Assembly: GCA_965237905.1 (NCBI GenBank)
Contig: OZ250172.1
Coordinates: 544,001 to 608,000 of the forward strand
Direction: 5' to 3'
Source: Nitrospinaceae bacterium
GTDB lineage: Bacteria; Nitrospinota; Nitrospinia; Nitrospinales; Nitrospinaceae
Length of the DNA: 64,000 nt
The notes under the pieces were generated by a model. That model ran no database searches, had not been told where the DNA came from, and was given only the letters and a program-made list of their open reading frames with translations. Shown here piece after piece: positions 48,512 through 58,783 of the stretch (within the stretch, counting starts at the first letter, position 1; every line of letters begins with the position of its first letter). The translations under genes were made by a program, and so were the position numbers.

Positions 48512-49624
48512 TTAAAGATCGTAACGATCGGGAGAGAACTCCGTTATGGGGTCCTTCAAAATTCCCAACAGGCAGGCGGTCATGTAATCGGCCTGATGAG
48601 GAGTTTGCAGAATGCCGTTGCGATAGTGCCCGGTGGAATAGAACAGGTTTTCGTACCGTCCGCTGGGCCCCATGATGGGCATCAAGTCTTCCGCCGCAGG
48701 CCTCAGCCCGGTCCACGATTCGATCAACGGAGCCTCTTTCAGGCACGGCAAAATTCCCGCGGCACGATTGATGAGGCCTTGAATCACATCGGCTTCCACC
48801 GTGTCGTTGAATCCCCGGTCCTCCATGGTGGATCCCACCACGAAACCGTTGCCTTCACGCCAGGGTGCCACATACGTGTTCAGGCCGTGAATCGTATAGT
48901 CCAGCCGTCCGTCCTCCACCGCCACGCGGCACATTTGTCCCTTGATGGGTTTGAGCGGCATGGACACTTCAAGGACCTTGCCCATCTGCTGGGACCAGCT
49001 TCCCGCCGCCACTACAAATTGTTTGCCGCGGATTTCACCGGAATCGGTAACCACCGCATGAATCCGGTTGGAGTAACGTTGAAAACCCGTCGCATTTTTA
49101 TTGAAGACCTGGACGCCCCGCTGACTGGAACCGGCCACCAGCGCATCGTGCAATTGCCGGTTGTTGACCTGCCCTTCGCCCACCCAGATGACCTCACCGC
49201 AATCCGGCGCCAAGTCAGGTACCTGTGCACGCACCCGGCTCACCGGCCACACCTCATGCGGAATATTCTCCTCGCGAAAAAACCTGAGCCGTTCGTCCCA
49301 CTGGTCCCCCACCGAAGACGCAGGCATGAGGGACCCGGCCATCGACAGGTAAATGCCAACACCGCTGACGTCGGTGAGTTCCTCGATGAAAACCGGAAAT
49401 TTGTCGAGAGATTCCCGGCAAAACCGGAAAAAGCGGTCTCCTTGCCGGCATTCACAGTAGGGGGCCAGCATCCCCGCCGCCGCCCGGGATGCCATCACCG
49501 AATTCATGGGATCCCCCAGCACGGCCACGTTGAGCGAGGGCTCGGTTCCTTTCAACTGATAGGCAATGCTGTGGCCGATGACCCCAGCCCCGACGATCAC
49601 CACATCAAACGCATCTGATGCCAT
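48512..49624 (-). CDS. thiO: glycine oxidase (FAD-dependent)
   Basis: GAGVIG, AS.AAAGML.P, P.KGQ, GLRP, GHYRNGIL. Confidence 0.85.
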   Translation of the reverse strand: MASDAFDVVIVGAGVIGHSIAYQLKGTEPSLNVAVLGDPMNSVMASRAAAGMLAPYCECRQGDRFFRFCRESLDKFPVFIEELTDVSGVGIYLSMAGSLMPASSVGDQWDERLRFFREENIPHEVWPVSRVRAQVPDLAPDCGEVIWVGEGQVNNRQLHDALVAGSSQRGVQVFNKNATGFQRYSNRIHAVVTDSGEIRGKQFVVAAGSWSQQMGKVLEVSMPLKPIKGQMCRVAVEDGRLDYTIHGLNTYVAPWREGNGFVVGSTMEDRGFNDTVEADVIQGLINRAAGILPCLKEAPLIESWTGLRPAAEDLMPIMGPSGRYENLFYSTGHYRNGILQTPHQADYMTACLLGILKDPITEFSPDRYDL

Positions 49625-49862
49625 AAAGCGAGTCTCCTGTATGAGTCCCGGCATTGTAACCAAATTTGTAAAACAGCTCCACTGAAAGGACTCCTGGCGG
49701 CCTACAATTAATCTCCGAAAGCGCCTGTAGCGCTTGATAAAAGGCCGGAGGGTATGCTATTTTGGGGCATCTCTAAAATACAATCCCCTTACCCGGCGGG
49801 TGCAGTGGACGTCTGGGAAGATTGAGTTAATCCATTGAAAATTTTGAATTTAAGGATTTACC

Positions 49863-50516
49863 ATGACAGAAGAAGGCGCCCAGGAATCAGAAAGTAAAAG
49901 CGGGCAGGAAGCGGTTCAAAAAGCCAGCGAGAAGATCGAGCCGATTATCGCCCACCTCAAGGTGGTGGAAGCGGACGTCGACCTGGACAAAATCCGCACT
50001 CATTTTGACCAATTGTGGGAATTTGAGAAAGCGGACGAGCTGAGCCCGGAGGAACAATACCTGACCACCATCGCATTGTTTATCTACACAACTCACGGCG
50101 CGCTGGATGATTACAACATCAATGTCAAACGGGCGCGGGAATATGTCACGGAAGCCTTCCGGAGCTGGTTGAAGCCGGAACTTGATAAAATGGTTGCTGA
50201 AGAAAAGGCATCGGACAATCCCTTCAGAACCTTTGTCGAACAGAGCCTTCCCAAGGTGGATGATATTTACTCTTGGCGGCATTTTCAGCTGGATCACAAA
50301 AAGAATGACGAAGCCAACTGGACCTACAAAATGAAACAGTGCTGGTTCGCTACTTTTTTCATCCGGTACGGGCGCACCGATATCATCCAGACCGCCTGCA
50401 GTTTTGATTCGATTCCTTCGGAAGCCCGGCAGGACTATGTGAACCTGAAATTGACCAACACGTTTGCCAAGCTGGGTTCCTTCTGCGAGTTCAAATACAC
50501 TCCGAAGAAAGATTGA
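49863..50516 (+). CDS. hypothetical protein with ATC-hydrolase-like C-terminal domain
   Basis: C.F..FF..YG......C..D..L..T...G..C.F.Y pattern; AAGGA RBS. Confidence 0.6.
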   Translation: MTEEGAQESESKSGQEAVQKASEKIEPIIAHLKVVEADVDLDKIRTHFDQLWEFEKADELSPEEQYLTTIALFIYTTHGALDDYNINVKRAREYVTEAFRSWLKPELDKMVAEEKASDNPFRTFVEQSLPKVDDIYSWRHFQLDHKKNDEANWTYKMKQCWFATFFIRYGRTDIIQTACSFDSIPSEARQDYVNLKLTNTFAKLGSFCEFKYTPKKD

Positions 50517-50541
50517 TTGCGTTTCAGGCAGGTTGAAAGAA

Positions 50542-51186
50542 TTACTTCACTTTATCTTTGTAAATGACTTGAAACTCGGCGACCGCCTTTTTGACTCCCT
50601 TGGTCATGGAGCGGACCGATAACGTTGCCCCGGTAATGTTATTGATATCGTTGAATGGATCGCTGGCACCCCGCCCGAAAAACTGGCTCATGAATGATTC
50701 GAAGCGCACTTCCCAGCCGTGCGGCTCCCGGTACACCATAATCTCCACATCCTTCACCGTGCCGTCGAGATTGATCACCACCATGAAGGTGATGGGGTAA
50801 GATCGTCCGATTTCGTTGCCGATGACCATGGCGCCCATCGGCTTGCCCGCCTCGTCCAATCCGAAATAATGGGTCGCGCGGCGTTCATTATATTTAATTT
50901 GATCGCCAAGGATATTCTGGATGGCCGCCGTTTGGGTGTCGGTCAGCCACACCTTTTTCTTTTTAACTTTTTTGACCCCGGGAAACGCCAGTTTCAGCGC
51001 CTCCTTTTTGGTCAGAAACATCTGCTCGACGTACTCCTCCTCTTCTTCCGCTCCCACGGTCAGGGTGAGAAGACACAGCATCATACCCGCAAGGAGTGCG
51101 GCTTTTAAAAAGAAAGAAACCCGAGGCCACAGGCCACCGGGTTTCTTCGCATGTCGGGTATTTATGGAGTTCAAGGATAATGCCAA
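50542..51186 (-). CDS. extracytoplasmic FMN-binding (flavinylation motif) protein
   Basis: Signal/TM; G...PITF.V.I..DG.V..V....YRE..G..V; ITGATLS. Confidence 0.88.
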   Translation of the reverse strand: MALSLNSINTRHAKKPGGLWPRVSFFLKAALLAGMMLCLLTLTVGAEEEEEYVEQMFLTKKEALKLAFPGVKKVKKKKVWLTDTQTAAIQNILGDQIKYNERRATHYFGLDEAGKPMGAMVIGNEIGRSYPITFMVVINLDGTVKDVEIMVYREPHGWEVRFESFMSQFFGRGASDPFNDINNITGATLSVRSMTKGVKKAVAEFQVIYKDKVK

Positions 51187-51202
51187 ACCGATAACAACCT
51201 TT

Positions 51203-51802
51203 CTATTTCACCTTGTCCAGAAAAATAACCTGGTAAGCGGAGACACTCTTCTGGACCCCCGCTGTGATGGTGCGCACCGAAATGGTAGCGCCGGTGATGC
51301 CGCTGATGGACCGGAAATCGGAATCAGACTTCATCCCGAAGAATTGCTTTAACCAGGACTCGTTTTGAATCCCCCAGTTGCGTGCGCCTTCATAATTCAA
51401 CACCTCGACATCCTTGACACTGCCATCGGCATTCATCACCACCAGATAACTGACGCTCCAGGACCGGTTGGTCACCCGTTCCACCACGGCGTATCCCATG
51501 ACCTGCCCGCCCTTTTTCCCGATATAAAAGCTCATGGTTTTGTCCCGAATCACCTGGGTGGACAGCTTGCCGATGGCCGCCCGCTGGGGAGTGGTCAACC
51601 GAATGCGTTTTTTAACGATTTTGTCCGCTCCAGGGAAGGCCATTTTCACCGCCTCTTCTTTGGAAGAAACGTCCAGAGCGGAAGCGTTGCCCGCCATCAA
51701 CCCCAGAACCGCGGCGACTACCCAGAACCCTTGCCAGAGAACCCGGACCGTTTGTTTGATGTTTTCAGTTTTCATTGCCCGCCTCGTGTTTATAAAGTTC
51801 AT
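51203..51802 (-). CDS. extracytoplasmic FMN-binding protein (paralog)
   Basis: Signal peptide; AFPG, DG.VKDVE, W..QF.G, ITGATIS; start may be 51775. Confidence 0.85.
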   Translation of the reverse strand: MNFINTRRAMKTENIKQTVRVLWQGFWVVAAVLGLMAGNASALDVSSKEEAVKMAFPGADKIVKKRIRLTTPQRAAIGKLSTQVIRDKTMSFYIGKKGGQVMGYAVVERVTNRSWSVSYLVVMNADGSVKDVEVLNYEGARNWGIQNESWLKQFFGMKSDSDFRSISGITGATISVRTITAGVQKSVSAYQVIFLDKVK

Positions 51803-51886
51803 TATACGTTTAATTGATATTTATTTGAAATAGCCGTTTTCGCGGATCTTGAGATTCCACGAAAAGGCCCATTCATCCATTCCTGA

Positions 51887-53281
51887 TTAGAAGAACATGT
51901 AGGCCATGCCAAAATTGATCTGGTTGTTCGATGTCCCGTCCGTGAACACCTGATGGGTATAATCCGCCTTTAACGCCACATTGGGGGTTGAGGGAAACCA
52001 AGTGACACCGGCCGTATATACATCCGTTTCACCCCGAGACCCCGTTTGCGGCGCAAAACCCGCCGGCATTTCGTTCTGAGTATCGATGAACTCGTACATG
52101 AAGTGAGTGACCACATCATGGGACGTGCTCTTGCCCAACAGTTGCGGCCAGTGAATACCGAACTGCACGTTGTATCCCAGAATGTTGGAAGCGATAAACC
52201 GATTGTTGGCAACATCTGGAAAAACCGCAGAATTTCCCTTACCAGCCGCTATCACATTTTGGGCGATGGCGAAATTATTCAATTCCGCGGCGTTGTTGAT
52301 GTGAACGTTGGCGACACTGGCGTTCATCTCAAACCACTTTCTACGGTATTTGATGTCTCCTTCAATGATGGTGGTGCGACCACCTTCCTGAATCAAACCC
52401 TGGGTGGTCTGGCCGGTATAGAACGAACCCGCGAGCTGGAATCCCGGAAGCAGGTTGGAAAATTCGATACGGCCGGTCAGCGCTATATCGGAAGCAATTG
52501 CCTGGTTGGGTTGCAGGCGACCACTGCGGATACCGCTGGAGGCCCGGAAACGTCCTGAACTCCCACCTCTCCCGGTTCCCGAGCCGGAAGAAAAACCGTC
52601 CTCGCGAATGGATTGCAGGGAGTTGATCGCATACAGACGGTAGTTCATGCCGCCCAGAAAATTACCGAAGGTGCCGAAGAAGCCGCCGCCGGTGCCGTTC
52701 CAGGACGTGGGAATGATGCGGTTGTGGAACACGGGACGTTCCACCGTCCAGAACAAAACCGGTTCGTGGAATTCGTTCAGGAACCCGACAGGAACCAGTA
52801 CCGTACCGGCGCGAAAGTTAATTTTGGGATCGAGCAGAAAATCCAGATAGCCCATCTCGAATTCCAACTCCTGCCCCGCGTGCTCGTAATCGATTTCAGC
52901 GTTCAGGAAGATCCAGTCGGTAAATCGGGCGTTGATACCGATGACAAACCGATGAGCATCAAACGTACTGTCACGCTCATCGGTCGGTATATTGAAATGC
53001 GTCTCACCGTAACCGGTGACGTTGACGTTTTTGCGGATGGTTCCGAATATGTCCCGCATATCGTCGATTTCATCCGCCAGACGGTTGATTTCCTCCCGCA
53101 AATCTTCGAGGCTCCCGCCGCCGTCTTCTTCAATGATCAAAATATCGTCACCCTCATCCTCGATGATCAAAATATCTGCATCCTGTTTTTTAGGCGATGG
53201 CGCCTGTTGCGACCACACCGCCGAAGGCACCATCGACCCGACCAAGACCAGAACCCCTGCCAGGGATAAAATGTGTTTCAT
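51887..53281 (-). CDS. outer-membrane beta-barrel porin
   Basis: Signal peptide, coiled-coil, GYGE, R.V...., EIDYEH, VPVG..NE.HEP, IP..W; terminal aromatic residue (YMFF). Confidence 0.82.
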   Translation of the reverse strand: MKHILSLAGVLVLVGSMVPSAVWSQQAPSPKKQDADILIIEDEGDDILIIEEDGGGSLEDLREEINRLADEIDDMRDIFGTIRKNVNVTGYGETHFNIPTDERDSTFDAHRFVIGINARFTDWIFLNAEIDYEHAGQELEFEMGYLDFLLDPKINFRAGTVLVPVGFLNEFHEPVLFWTVERPVFHNRIIPTSWNGTGGGFFGTFGNFLGGMNYRLYAINSLQSIREDGFSSGSGTGRGGSSGRFRASSGIRSGRLQPNQAIASDIALTGRIEFSNLLPGFQLAGSFYTGQTTQGLIQEGGRTTIIEGDIKYRRKWFEMNASVANVHINNAAELNNFAIAQNVIAAGKGNSAVFPDVANNRFIASNILGYNVQFGIHWPQLLGKSTSHDVVTHFMYEFIDTQNEMPAGFAPQTGSRGETDVYTAGVTWFPSTPNVALKADYTHQVFTDGTSNNQINFGMAYMFF

Positions 53282-53357
53282 TGCTTCCTCCAAAAACGCA
53301 AATTAAATTTCAATGATTTCAACTTCACTCTATTATTCCTAAAATCCGCAAAGCATT

Positions 53358-53639
53358 TCAGGCCTGAAAACGGGTCAAACACCGCTTCAGTCCCGATAGA
53401 CTCCCGGAAGAACCGTGAACCAATGGAATGGCATTCATTTTGGCGGTTCGCTTGACTTCGTGGACCAAAGGATGCCCCACCTGTCCGGTGAATATGACAA
53501 TGCCATCGACCCCGGACAACCGCCGGGACATGGCAGGCACCCGCCTTCCGAAAAACCGGACATCGAACCCCATTTCCCGGCCTTTCTGTTCATAATTCCG
53601 TTTCAACCGATCCAAACCTCCAATAATGGCTATACTCAT
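53358..53639 (-). CDS. DUF2325 domain protein
   Basis: IIGG.DR....Y, D.IV.FT..V.H, K..A....IP, S.S.L. Confidence 0.85.
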   Translation of the reverse strand: MSIAIIGGLDRLKRNYEQKGREMGFDVRFFGRRVPAMSRRLSGVDGIVIFTGQVGHPLVHEVKRTAKMNAIPLVHGSSGSLSGLKRCLTRFQA

Positions 53640-53689
53640 AAAAACCTCTCTGAACCACCCGATCAGGCAATCCGTGCAGAAAAGATTTT

Positions 53690-53754
53690 GAAAATCATTC
53701 TCATTATTAATAAACGGAGGGAGATTATCCTAATTGATAATGATTGTCAATATT
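53690..53754. promoter_or_regulatory. two Fur-box-like sites
   Basis: 53690..53708 (reverse) and 53736..53754 each match GATAATGATAATCATTATC at 15/19. Confidence 0.72.
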
Positions 53755-53874
53755 ATTTTTAAGATTTTTATGGTTTTAAGTTAACTCATTAAAATCAAAC
53801 AAGTTAAATGCCAAAAAGAATTGGTAGAAATGGAGGGATCGGGGGAAAGACTTGAGAAACTGCGGATTCTCAAT

Positions 53875-54639
53875 TTAAAAAGCAGTTTTACCTTCGATAC
53901 GGGTGAGCACTTCATGACCGTCGTCGGTGACCAGAATGGTGTGCTCGTACTGGGCGGAGAGAGCGCCATCCTGAGTGACGGCGGTCCAGTTATCCTCCAG
54001 GATTTTGAGGTCGGGTTTCCCCTGGTTGATCATGGGTTCGATGGTGAAGGTCATCCCCTTCTTCAGTTCCATGCCCTGTCCGAACTTGCCGAAATGCAGG
54101 ACCTGCGGGTCCTCGTGAAAATTGCGTCCAATGCCGTGGCCGCAGAACTCGCGTACCACGGAATAGCCTTTGGGTTCCACATGCTGTTGGATCGTGGCGC
54201 CGATATCCCCCAACCGCGCTCCCGGCCGGACAATGGCAATGGCCTTATGCAACGCTTCCCGGGTGGTGTCCACCAGTTTCTTGGCCTGCTTGCGGGGCGA
54301 ACCGACGAAAAAGGACTGATTGGTATCGCCGTGGAATCCGTCGACAATCGTCGTGATATCCAGATTCACCATATCGCCATTGCGCAGTTTGCGTTCCGAA
54401 GGGATACCATGACAAATCTCATCATTCACCGAGGTGCAGATACTTTTGGGGAATCCCCGGTAATTCAGCGGTGCCGGAATGGCTTTGTTCTTGATGATAA
54501 AGTCATGGCACCGGTCGTTGAGCTCGTTGGTCGTCACTCCCGGCTTAATGTACGGGGCGATCATCAACAGGACCTCCGCCGCCAGTTTGCCGGAGATGCG
54601 CATCAATTCGATTTCGTCGTCTTTTTTAATGGTGACCAT
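53875..54639 (-). CDS. map: methionine aminopeptidase type I
   Basis: FPKSICTSVN..CHGIP, HGDT, GHGIG..FHE, TIEPM, SAQYEHT. Confidence 0.96.
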   Translation of the reverse strand: MVTIKKDDEIELMRISGKLAAEVLLMIAPYIKPGVTTNELNDRCHDFIIKNKAIPAPLNYRGFPKSICTSVNDEICHGIPSERKLRNGDMVNLDITTIVDGFHGDTNQSFFVGSPRKQAKKLVDTTREALHKAIAIVRPGARLGDIGATIQQHVEPKGYSVVREFCGHGIGRNFHEDPQVLHFGKFGQGMELKKGMTFTIEPMINQGKPDLKILEDNWTAVTQDGALSAQYEHTILVTDDGHEVLTRIEGKTAF

Positions 54640-55552
54640 GGGTATACCCGAACTCCTTCAAATAGCGTGCACTTTCCCGCCAGCGTTCCTTAACCTTCAC
54701 GAAACTATTTAGATACACTTTACTGCCCAAACGTTTCTCAATTTCTGTCCGCGCCTGGCTTCCGACCTTCTTGAGCAGGGCTCCCTTTTCGCCAATGACG
54801 ATCTTCTTTTGCGAAGATTTTTCAACGTAAATGGCGGCATCGATGACGATTACCCCCTTTTGGCCCTCGCGCATGCTCTCCACCATCACCGCCACGGCAT
54901 AAGGTACTTCCAGATGGGTGAGGCGGATGATCTTTTCCCGGATGATCTCGGCCACCAGAAACTCCTCCGGGCAGTCGGTGATCATGTCCTCGGGAAAGTA
55001 CTGCGGCCCCTCCGGCAGATGCTTGAGCAGGATATCTTTCAGGATATCGAGCCCGTCCTCCTTTAACGCAGAGATGGGGATGATATCGGTAAACGCCGCG
55101 CGGCTTTTCAACTCGGCCATCAAACGCAACACCTCCGGCTTGGGGATCAGGTCGATCTTGTTGATCACCAGAAAAATCGGGGTCTTCACATCTTTCAATG
55201 AATCCAGTACAAACTCGTCTTCCGGCCGGAACTTCTGCTTCGCGTCGACCATGAACAGGATGATGTCAACATCCCCGTAAGTGCTCATCGAGGCATGCAC
55301 CATCGCCTGGTTGAGCTTGCTGGTGGACTCGTGAATACCGGGCGTGTCCATCAGGATGATCTGCCCGCCGGGCAGGTGACAAATGCCGGTGATCTTGTTG
55401 CGGGTGGTTTGGGGCCGCCGGGAAATCGCCGCCAGTTTGCTCGACACCAGGTGGTTGAGCAGGGTCGATTTCCCCACGTTGGGCTTGCCAATAAGGCTCG
55501 CGTAACCCGATTTGAATACTGTGCTCTCAGAGGCTAAAATGCTACTGTTCAC
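54626..55552 (-). CDS. era: GTPase Era
   Basis: GKPNVGKST, QTTR, DTPG, NKID; KH domain VIGEKG. Confidence 0.96.
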   Translation of the reverse strand: MNSSILASESTVFKSGYASLIGKPNVGKSTLLNHLVSSKLAAISRRPQTTRNKITGICHLPGGQIILMDTPGIHESTSKLNQAMVHASMSTYGDVDIILFMVDAKQKFRPEDEFVLDSLKDVKTPIFLVINKIDLIPKPEVLRLMAELKSRAAFTDIIPISALKEDGLDILKDILLKHLPEGPQYFPEDMITDCPEEFLVAEIIREKIIRLTHLEVPYAVAVMVESMREGQKGVIVIDAAIYVEKSSQKKIVIGEKGALLKKVGSQARTEIEKRLGSKVYLNSFVKVKERWRESARYLKEFGYTHGHH

Positions 55553-55635
55553 TCACATTTAAATGTGTATAGATTGTTCCGTTTGACTGGATAAATTGTA
55601 TTATAGGACAGGCCATAAACCAAGCACGGATATCA

Positions 55636-56790
55636 ATGAACTCTATCGGTTTGTATCTTCACATTCCTTATTGCCTGCATAAATGCGGCTACTGCGACTT
55701 CAACTCCCATAACATCAATGAGGCGGAGATGGAGTCCTACGTCCAGGCCCTGCTCATGGAAATGGAGCATGCAGCAAAAGGGGCGCAGAATCGCCGGGTC
55801 ACCACGATCTTTTTCGGCGGCGGCACCCCCACCACCCTGCCCTTCGCCGACCTGGCCCGCATTCTGGAGGCCTGCCGCCAGCATTTTCAAGTGGGCCCGG
55901 AAGCCGAGATCACCTGCGAGGCCAACCCGGCCACCATCCCGCAAACCGATTTGGCGCAATTGCGCGAGGCGGGATTCAACCGCCTCAGCATCGGAGTGCA
56001 GTCGTTCGATCCGGACGAACTGAAACGACTGGAGCGGGTGCACAGCGTGGACGAGATTTACCTCACAGTCGAACGGGCGCGGCAGGCAAAATTTGGAAAC
56101 CTGTCGCTCGACCTCATGTTCGCTCTGCCGGGGCAAACGGTGGAGCGCTGGCAGGACAATTTACAACAGGCCCTGGGCCTGCAACCGGATCATATCTCGG
56201 CCTACAACCTGACCATCGAGCCGGACACGGTCTTCTACAAACAACAATCACAAGGCCAACTGACTATGCCGCCGGACGATTTCCAGCGGGAACTGTTTGA
56301 GATCACCATCGACACCCTCACCGGTGCCGGATACGAACATTACGAAATTTCCAATTACGCGAAACCGGGAAAGCAAAGCCGCCATAACATCAATTATTGG
56401 GTGGACGGCGAATTCATTGGGCTCGGCGCGGGGGCATCGTCTTTCTTCAACGGCGATCGCTACAAAAACACCAACCTGCCCGCCCGCTACATCGCGCAGA
56501 TCCAGAAATCCAGGACAGCGGTGGAATCGCGCGAAACACCGGACCGCCGCCAACGCATGGGCGAGACGGTCATGCTCGGACTCCGCCTGCGCGGAGGCAT
56601 TCGCCTCACGACATTCGAAAAACAATTTGACACGTCATTCCATGCGGCGTTTGGAAATACGATAGAAAAGTTGGAAGAGACAGGTCTAATTAAAATAAGC
56701 GAAGACAACGTCGCATTGACCGATGAGGGTTTATTTTTAGCTGACTCGGTGATCATCGAATTCATCCCGGAACCGGAGAAAGCAATCTGA
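55636..56790 (+). CDS. hemW: radical SAM heme chaperone HemW
   Basis: LYLHIPYC...CGYCDF, GGGTP, EANP, YEISN, HNINYW. Confidence 0.92.
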   Translation: MNSIGLYLHIPYCLHKCGYCDFNSHNINEAEMESYVQALLMEMEHAAKGAQNRRVTTIFFGGGTPTTLPFADLARILEACRQHFQVGPEAEITCEANPATIPQTDLAQLREAGFNRLSIGVQSFDPDELKRLERVHSVDEIYLTVERARQAKFGNLSLDLMFALPGQTVERWQDNLQQALGLQPDHISAYNLTIEPDTVFYKQQSQGQLTMPPDDFQRELFEITIDTLTGAGYEHYEISNYAKPGKQSRHNINYWVDGEFIGLGAGASSFFNGDRYKNTNLPARYIAQIQKSRTAVESRETPDRRQRMGETVMLGLRLRGGIRLTTFEKQFDTSFHAAFGNTIEKLEETGLIKISEDNVALTDEGLFLADSVIIEFIPEPEKAI

Positions 56791-56791
56791 C

Positions 56792-57577
56792 ATGAGCCAC
56801 ACCCCTGACGCGGCATTTAAAAAACTGATCGATATCGTCAATACCCTGATGAGCGAGAACGGGTGTCCGTGGGACCTCGTGCAGACGCGCGAGTCGTTGA
56901 AACCCTATCTGGTCGAAGAAGCGTATGAAACGCTGGAGGCGCTCGACAGCAACCAGCCGGAAAAAATCAAGGACGAGTTAGGCGACCTCCTGTACCAGAT
57001 CCTGTTTCACTCCAAGATTTCCGAGAATCAGAAAGAGTTCGATATCACGCAGGTGATCGACAACCTGAGTGAAAAAATGGTGCGGCGTCACCCGCATGTG
57101 TTTGAAGAAGCCACGGCCGATACGCCGGACGCGGTGATTGATCAGTGGGAACACATCAAGATCAGCGAAAAGGCCAACCGGGACCACAAGTCGGTGCTCG
57201 ACAGCGTGCCGAAACATCTGCCATCACTCGCCCGCGCGCAAAAACTCACCAGGAAAGCCGCCAAGCACGGCTTCGACTGGCAGGAGATCAAAGACGTGTT
57301 CGCCAAGCTGGACGAAGAGGTTGCCGAGTTCAAGGAAGCGGTACTGAGCGGCAAGGACGGCGACATCGCTGGCGAACTGGGTGATATCCTGTTCGTGCTG
57401 GTGAACATCGCGCGGCACAAAAAGATCGACGCCGAGGAAGCGTTACGTGGCACCAACAACAAATTCATCGAACGCTTCCAATACATCGAAGCCCAGGTCG
57501 AAAAATCCGGCAAGCCGCTCAAAGACACTCCTCTCGACGAAATGGAACGTTATTGGCAGGAAGCGAAGGGGAAATGA
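56792..57577 (+). CDS. mazG: nucleoside triphosphate pyrophosphohydrolase
   Basis: GCPWD, EE.YE, ELGD (twice), RRHPHVF, GFDW. Confidence 0.95.
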   Translation: MSHTPDAAFKKLIDIVNTLMSENGCPWDLVQTRESLKPYLVEEAYETLEALDSNQPEKIKDELGDLLYQILFHSKISENQKEFDITQVIDNLSEKMVRRHPHVFEEATADTPDAVIDQWEHIKISEKANRDHKSVLDSVPKHLPSLARAQKLTRKAAKHGFDWQEIKDVFAKLDEEVAEFKEAVLSGKDGDIAGELGDILFVLVNIARHKKIDAEEALRGTNNKFIERFQYIEAQVEKSGKPLKDTPLDEMERYWQEAKGK

Positions 57578-57580
57578 TCC

Positions 57581-58051
57581 ATGCCTGACACCAAACCATT
57601 TGTAGGGATTTTATTAATATTTTCCCCTATTGCTACAATCGGTATTGGTGCCGTACTTGGTTTTTTCCCTTATTTTACACTGCTGGGATTCATATCTATT
57701 GCGTCTATTTTTGGAGTGATTTATCCATCATTGGGGTACTTTTTAAGCACTTACATCAAGATAAAGTTTCCTTTACAAAAAGCAAACCTATTATTTTTAA
57801 TCATATTTATTGGCCTTGGTCTTCTCAATATTTATTTTATTTTCATATCTTGGCCATATGGCTTGAAATACCAAGGGAAGCTCATTACCTATGGATTTTC
57901 CACCATCAGCATCGCCTGTCATATTTATTTTCTCTTTGTGATCAAAAAAACCTTCTCCACCCAACCACCTGAAAATCACTGGAAAGCCCACTGGTTATTT
58001 TGGTTCTGGTTGTCCGCACTGGCATTCCCATACCTTGGAGAAATGCCTTGA
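57581..58051 (+). CDS. AT-rich hypothetical membrane protein
   Basis: About 5 hydrophobic segments; ends AFPYLGEMP; markedly lower GC than its flanks. Confidence 0.65.
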   Translation: MPDTKPFVGILLIFSPIATIGIGAVLGFFPYFTLLGFISIASIFGVIYPSLGYFLSTYIKIKFPLQKANLLFLIIFIGLGLLNIYFIFISWPYGLKYQGKLITYGFSTISIACHIYFLFVIKKTFSTQPPENHWKAHWLFWFWLSALAFPYLGEMP

Positions 58052-58078
58052 GCGCAATGAGGAGTTGAACAACTGTTC

Positions 58079-58762
58079 ATGAAAAACCAATTAGAACAAT
58101 CCGGATACACATTTTGCCGCGGGGCTTTGGATGCCTCTACTGTGAGCAAAATCATCCAAGAAATCGAGGAGCAAGCTTGTGAAATGACGCGCGCTGGGAT
58201 TCGCAGCCCGGAAACCCGCTTCCCTTCCATTCAAGAACTGATTCAATCGCCCGTCCTGCAATCCATCGTGCATCAGTTTTTACCCGGCAAGGCCCTTCCG
58301 GTGCGCTCAATTCTGTTCGATAAGTCGGCAGATACGGATTGGGGGGTGCCCTGGCACCAGGATTTGACCATCGCCGTGCAAGCTAAACATGAGATGCCCG
58401 GATTCAGCGCCTGGACTCTTAAAGACGGAGTTCAACATGTGCAACCGCCGGTGGAGATCATGGAACGTATGGTGACCCTTCGCGTCCACTTAGATGATAC
58501 CGATGCAACCAATGGAGCCTTAAGAGTGCTTCCGGAATCTCATCGCAACAAAAGACATTCTTCCGAAGCTATCATCAAAGAAACTACTCTTAAGAAAAAG
58601 GTCCTCTGTAATGCCGATGCCGGAGATATTCTGGTGATGAAACCCTTACTTCTGCATTCTTCAAAGAAAGGAATATCGAAAGGAAACCGCCGCATCCTCC
58701 ATGTCGAGTATTCAGTGGATGATTTACCTTCACCTCTGACGTGGCTGAAATACAGTGGTTAA
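58079..58762 (+). CDS. phytanoyl-CoA dioxygenase (PhyH) family Fe(II)/2OG enzyme
   Basis: FDK...W.V.WHQD, R.HLDD...NGAL.V.P.SH, LLHSS, RR.LH.EY. Confidence 0.9.
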   Translation: MKNQLEQSGYTFCRGALDASTVSKIIQEIEEQACEMTRAGIRSPETRFPSIQELIQSPVLQSIVHQFLPGKALPVRSILFDKSADTDWGVPWHQDLTIAVQAKHEMPGFSAWTLKDGVQHVQPPVEIMERMVTLRVHLDDTDATNGALRVLPESHRNKRHSSEAIIKETTLKKKVLCNADAGDILVMKPLLLHSSKKGISKGNRRILHVEYSVDDLPSPLTWLKYSG

Positions 58763-58783
58763 GATTGCGGGTGCCGCAGGCAC

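Noticed and set aside
55636..56790. Coproporphyrinogen III oxidase HemN call
   Set aside because: Length (~384 aa), the CxxxCxYCDF motif and HNxxYW identify the HemW chaperone subfamily.
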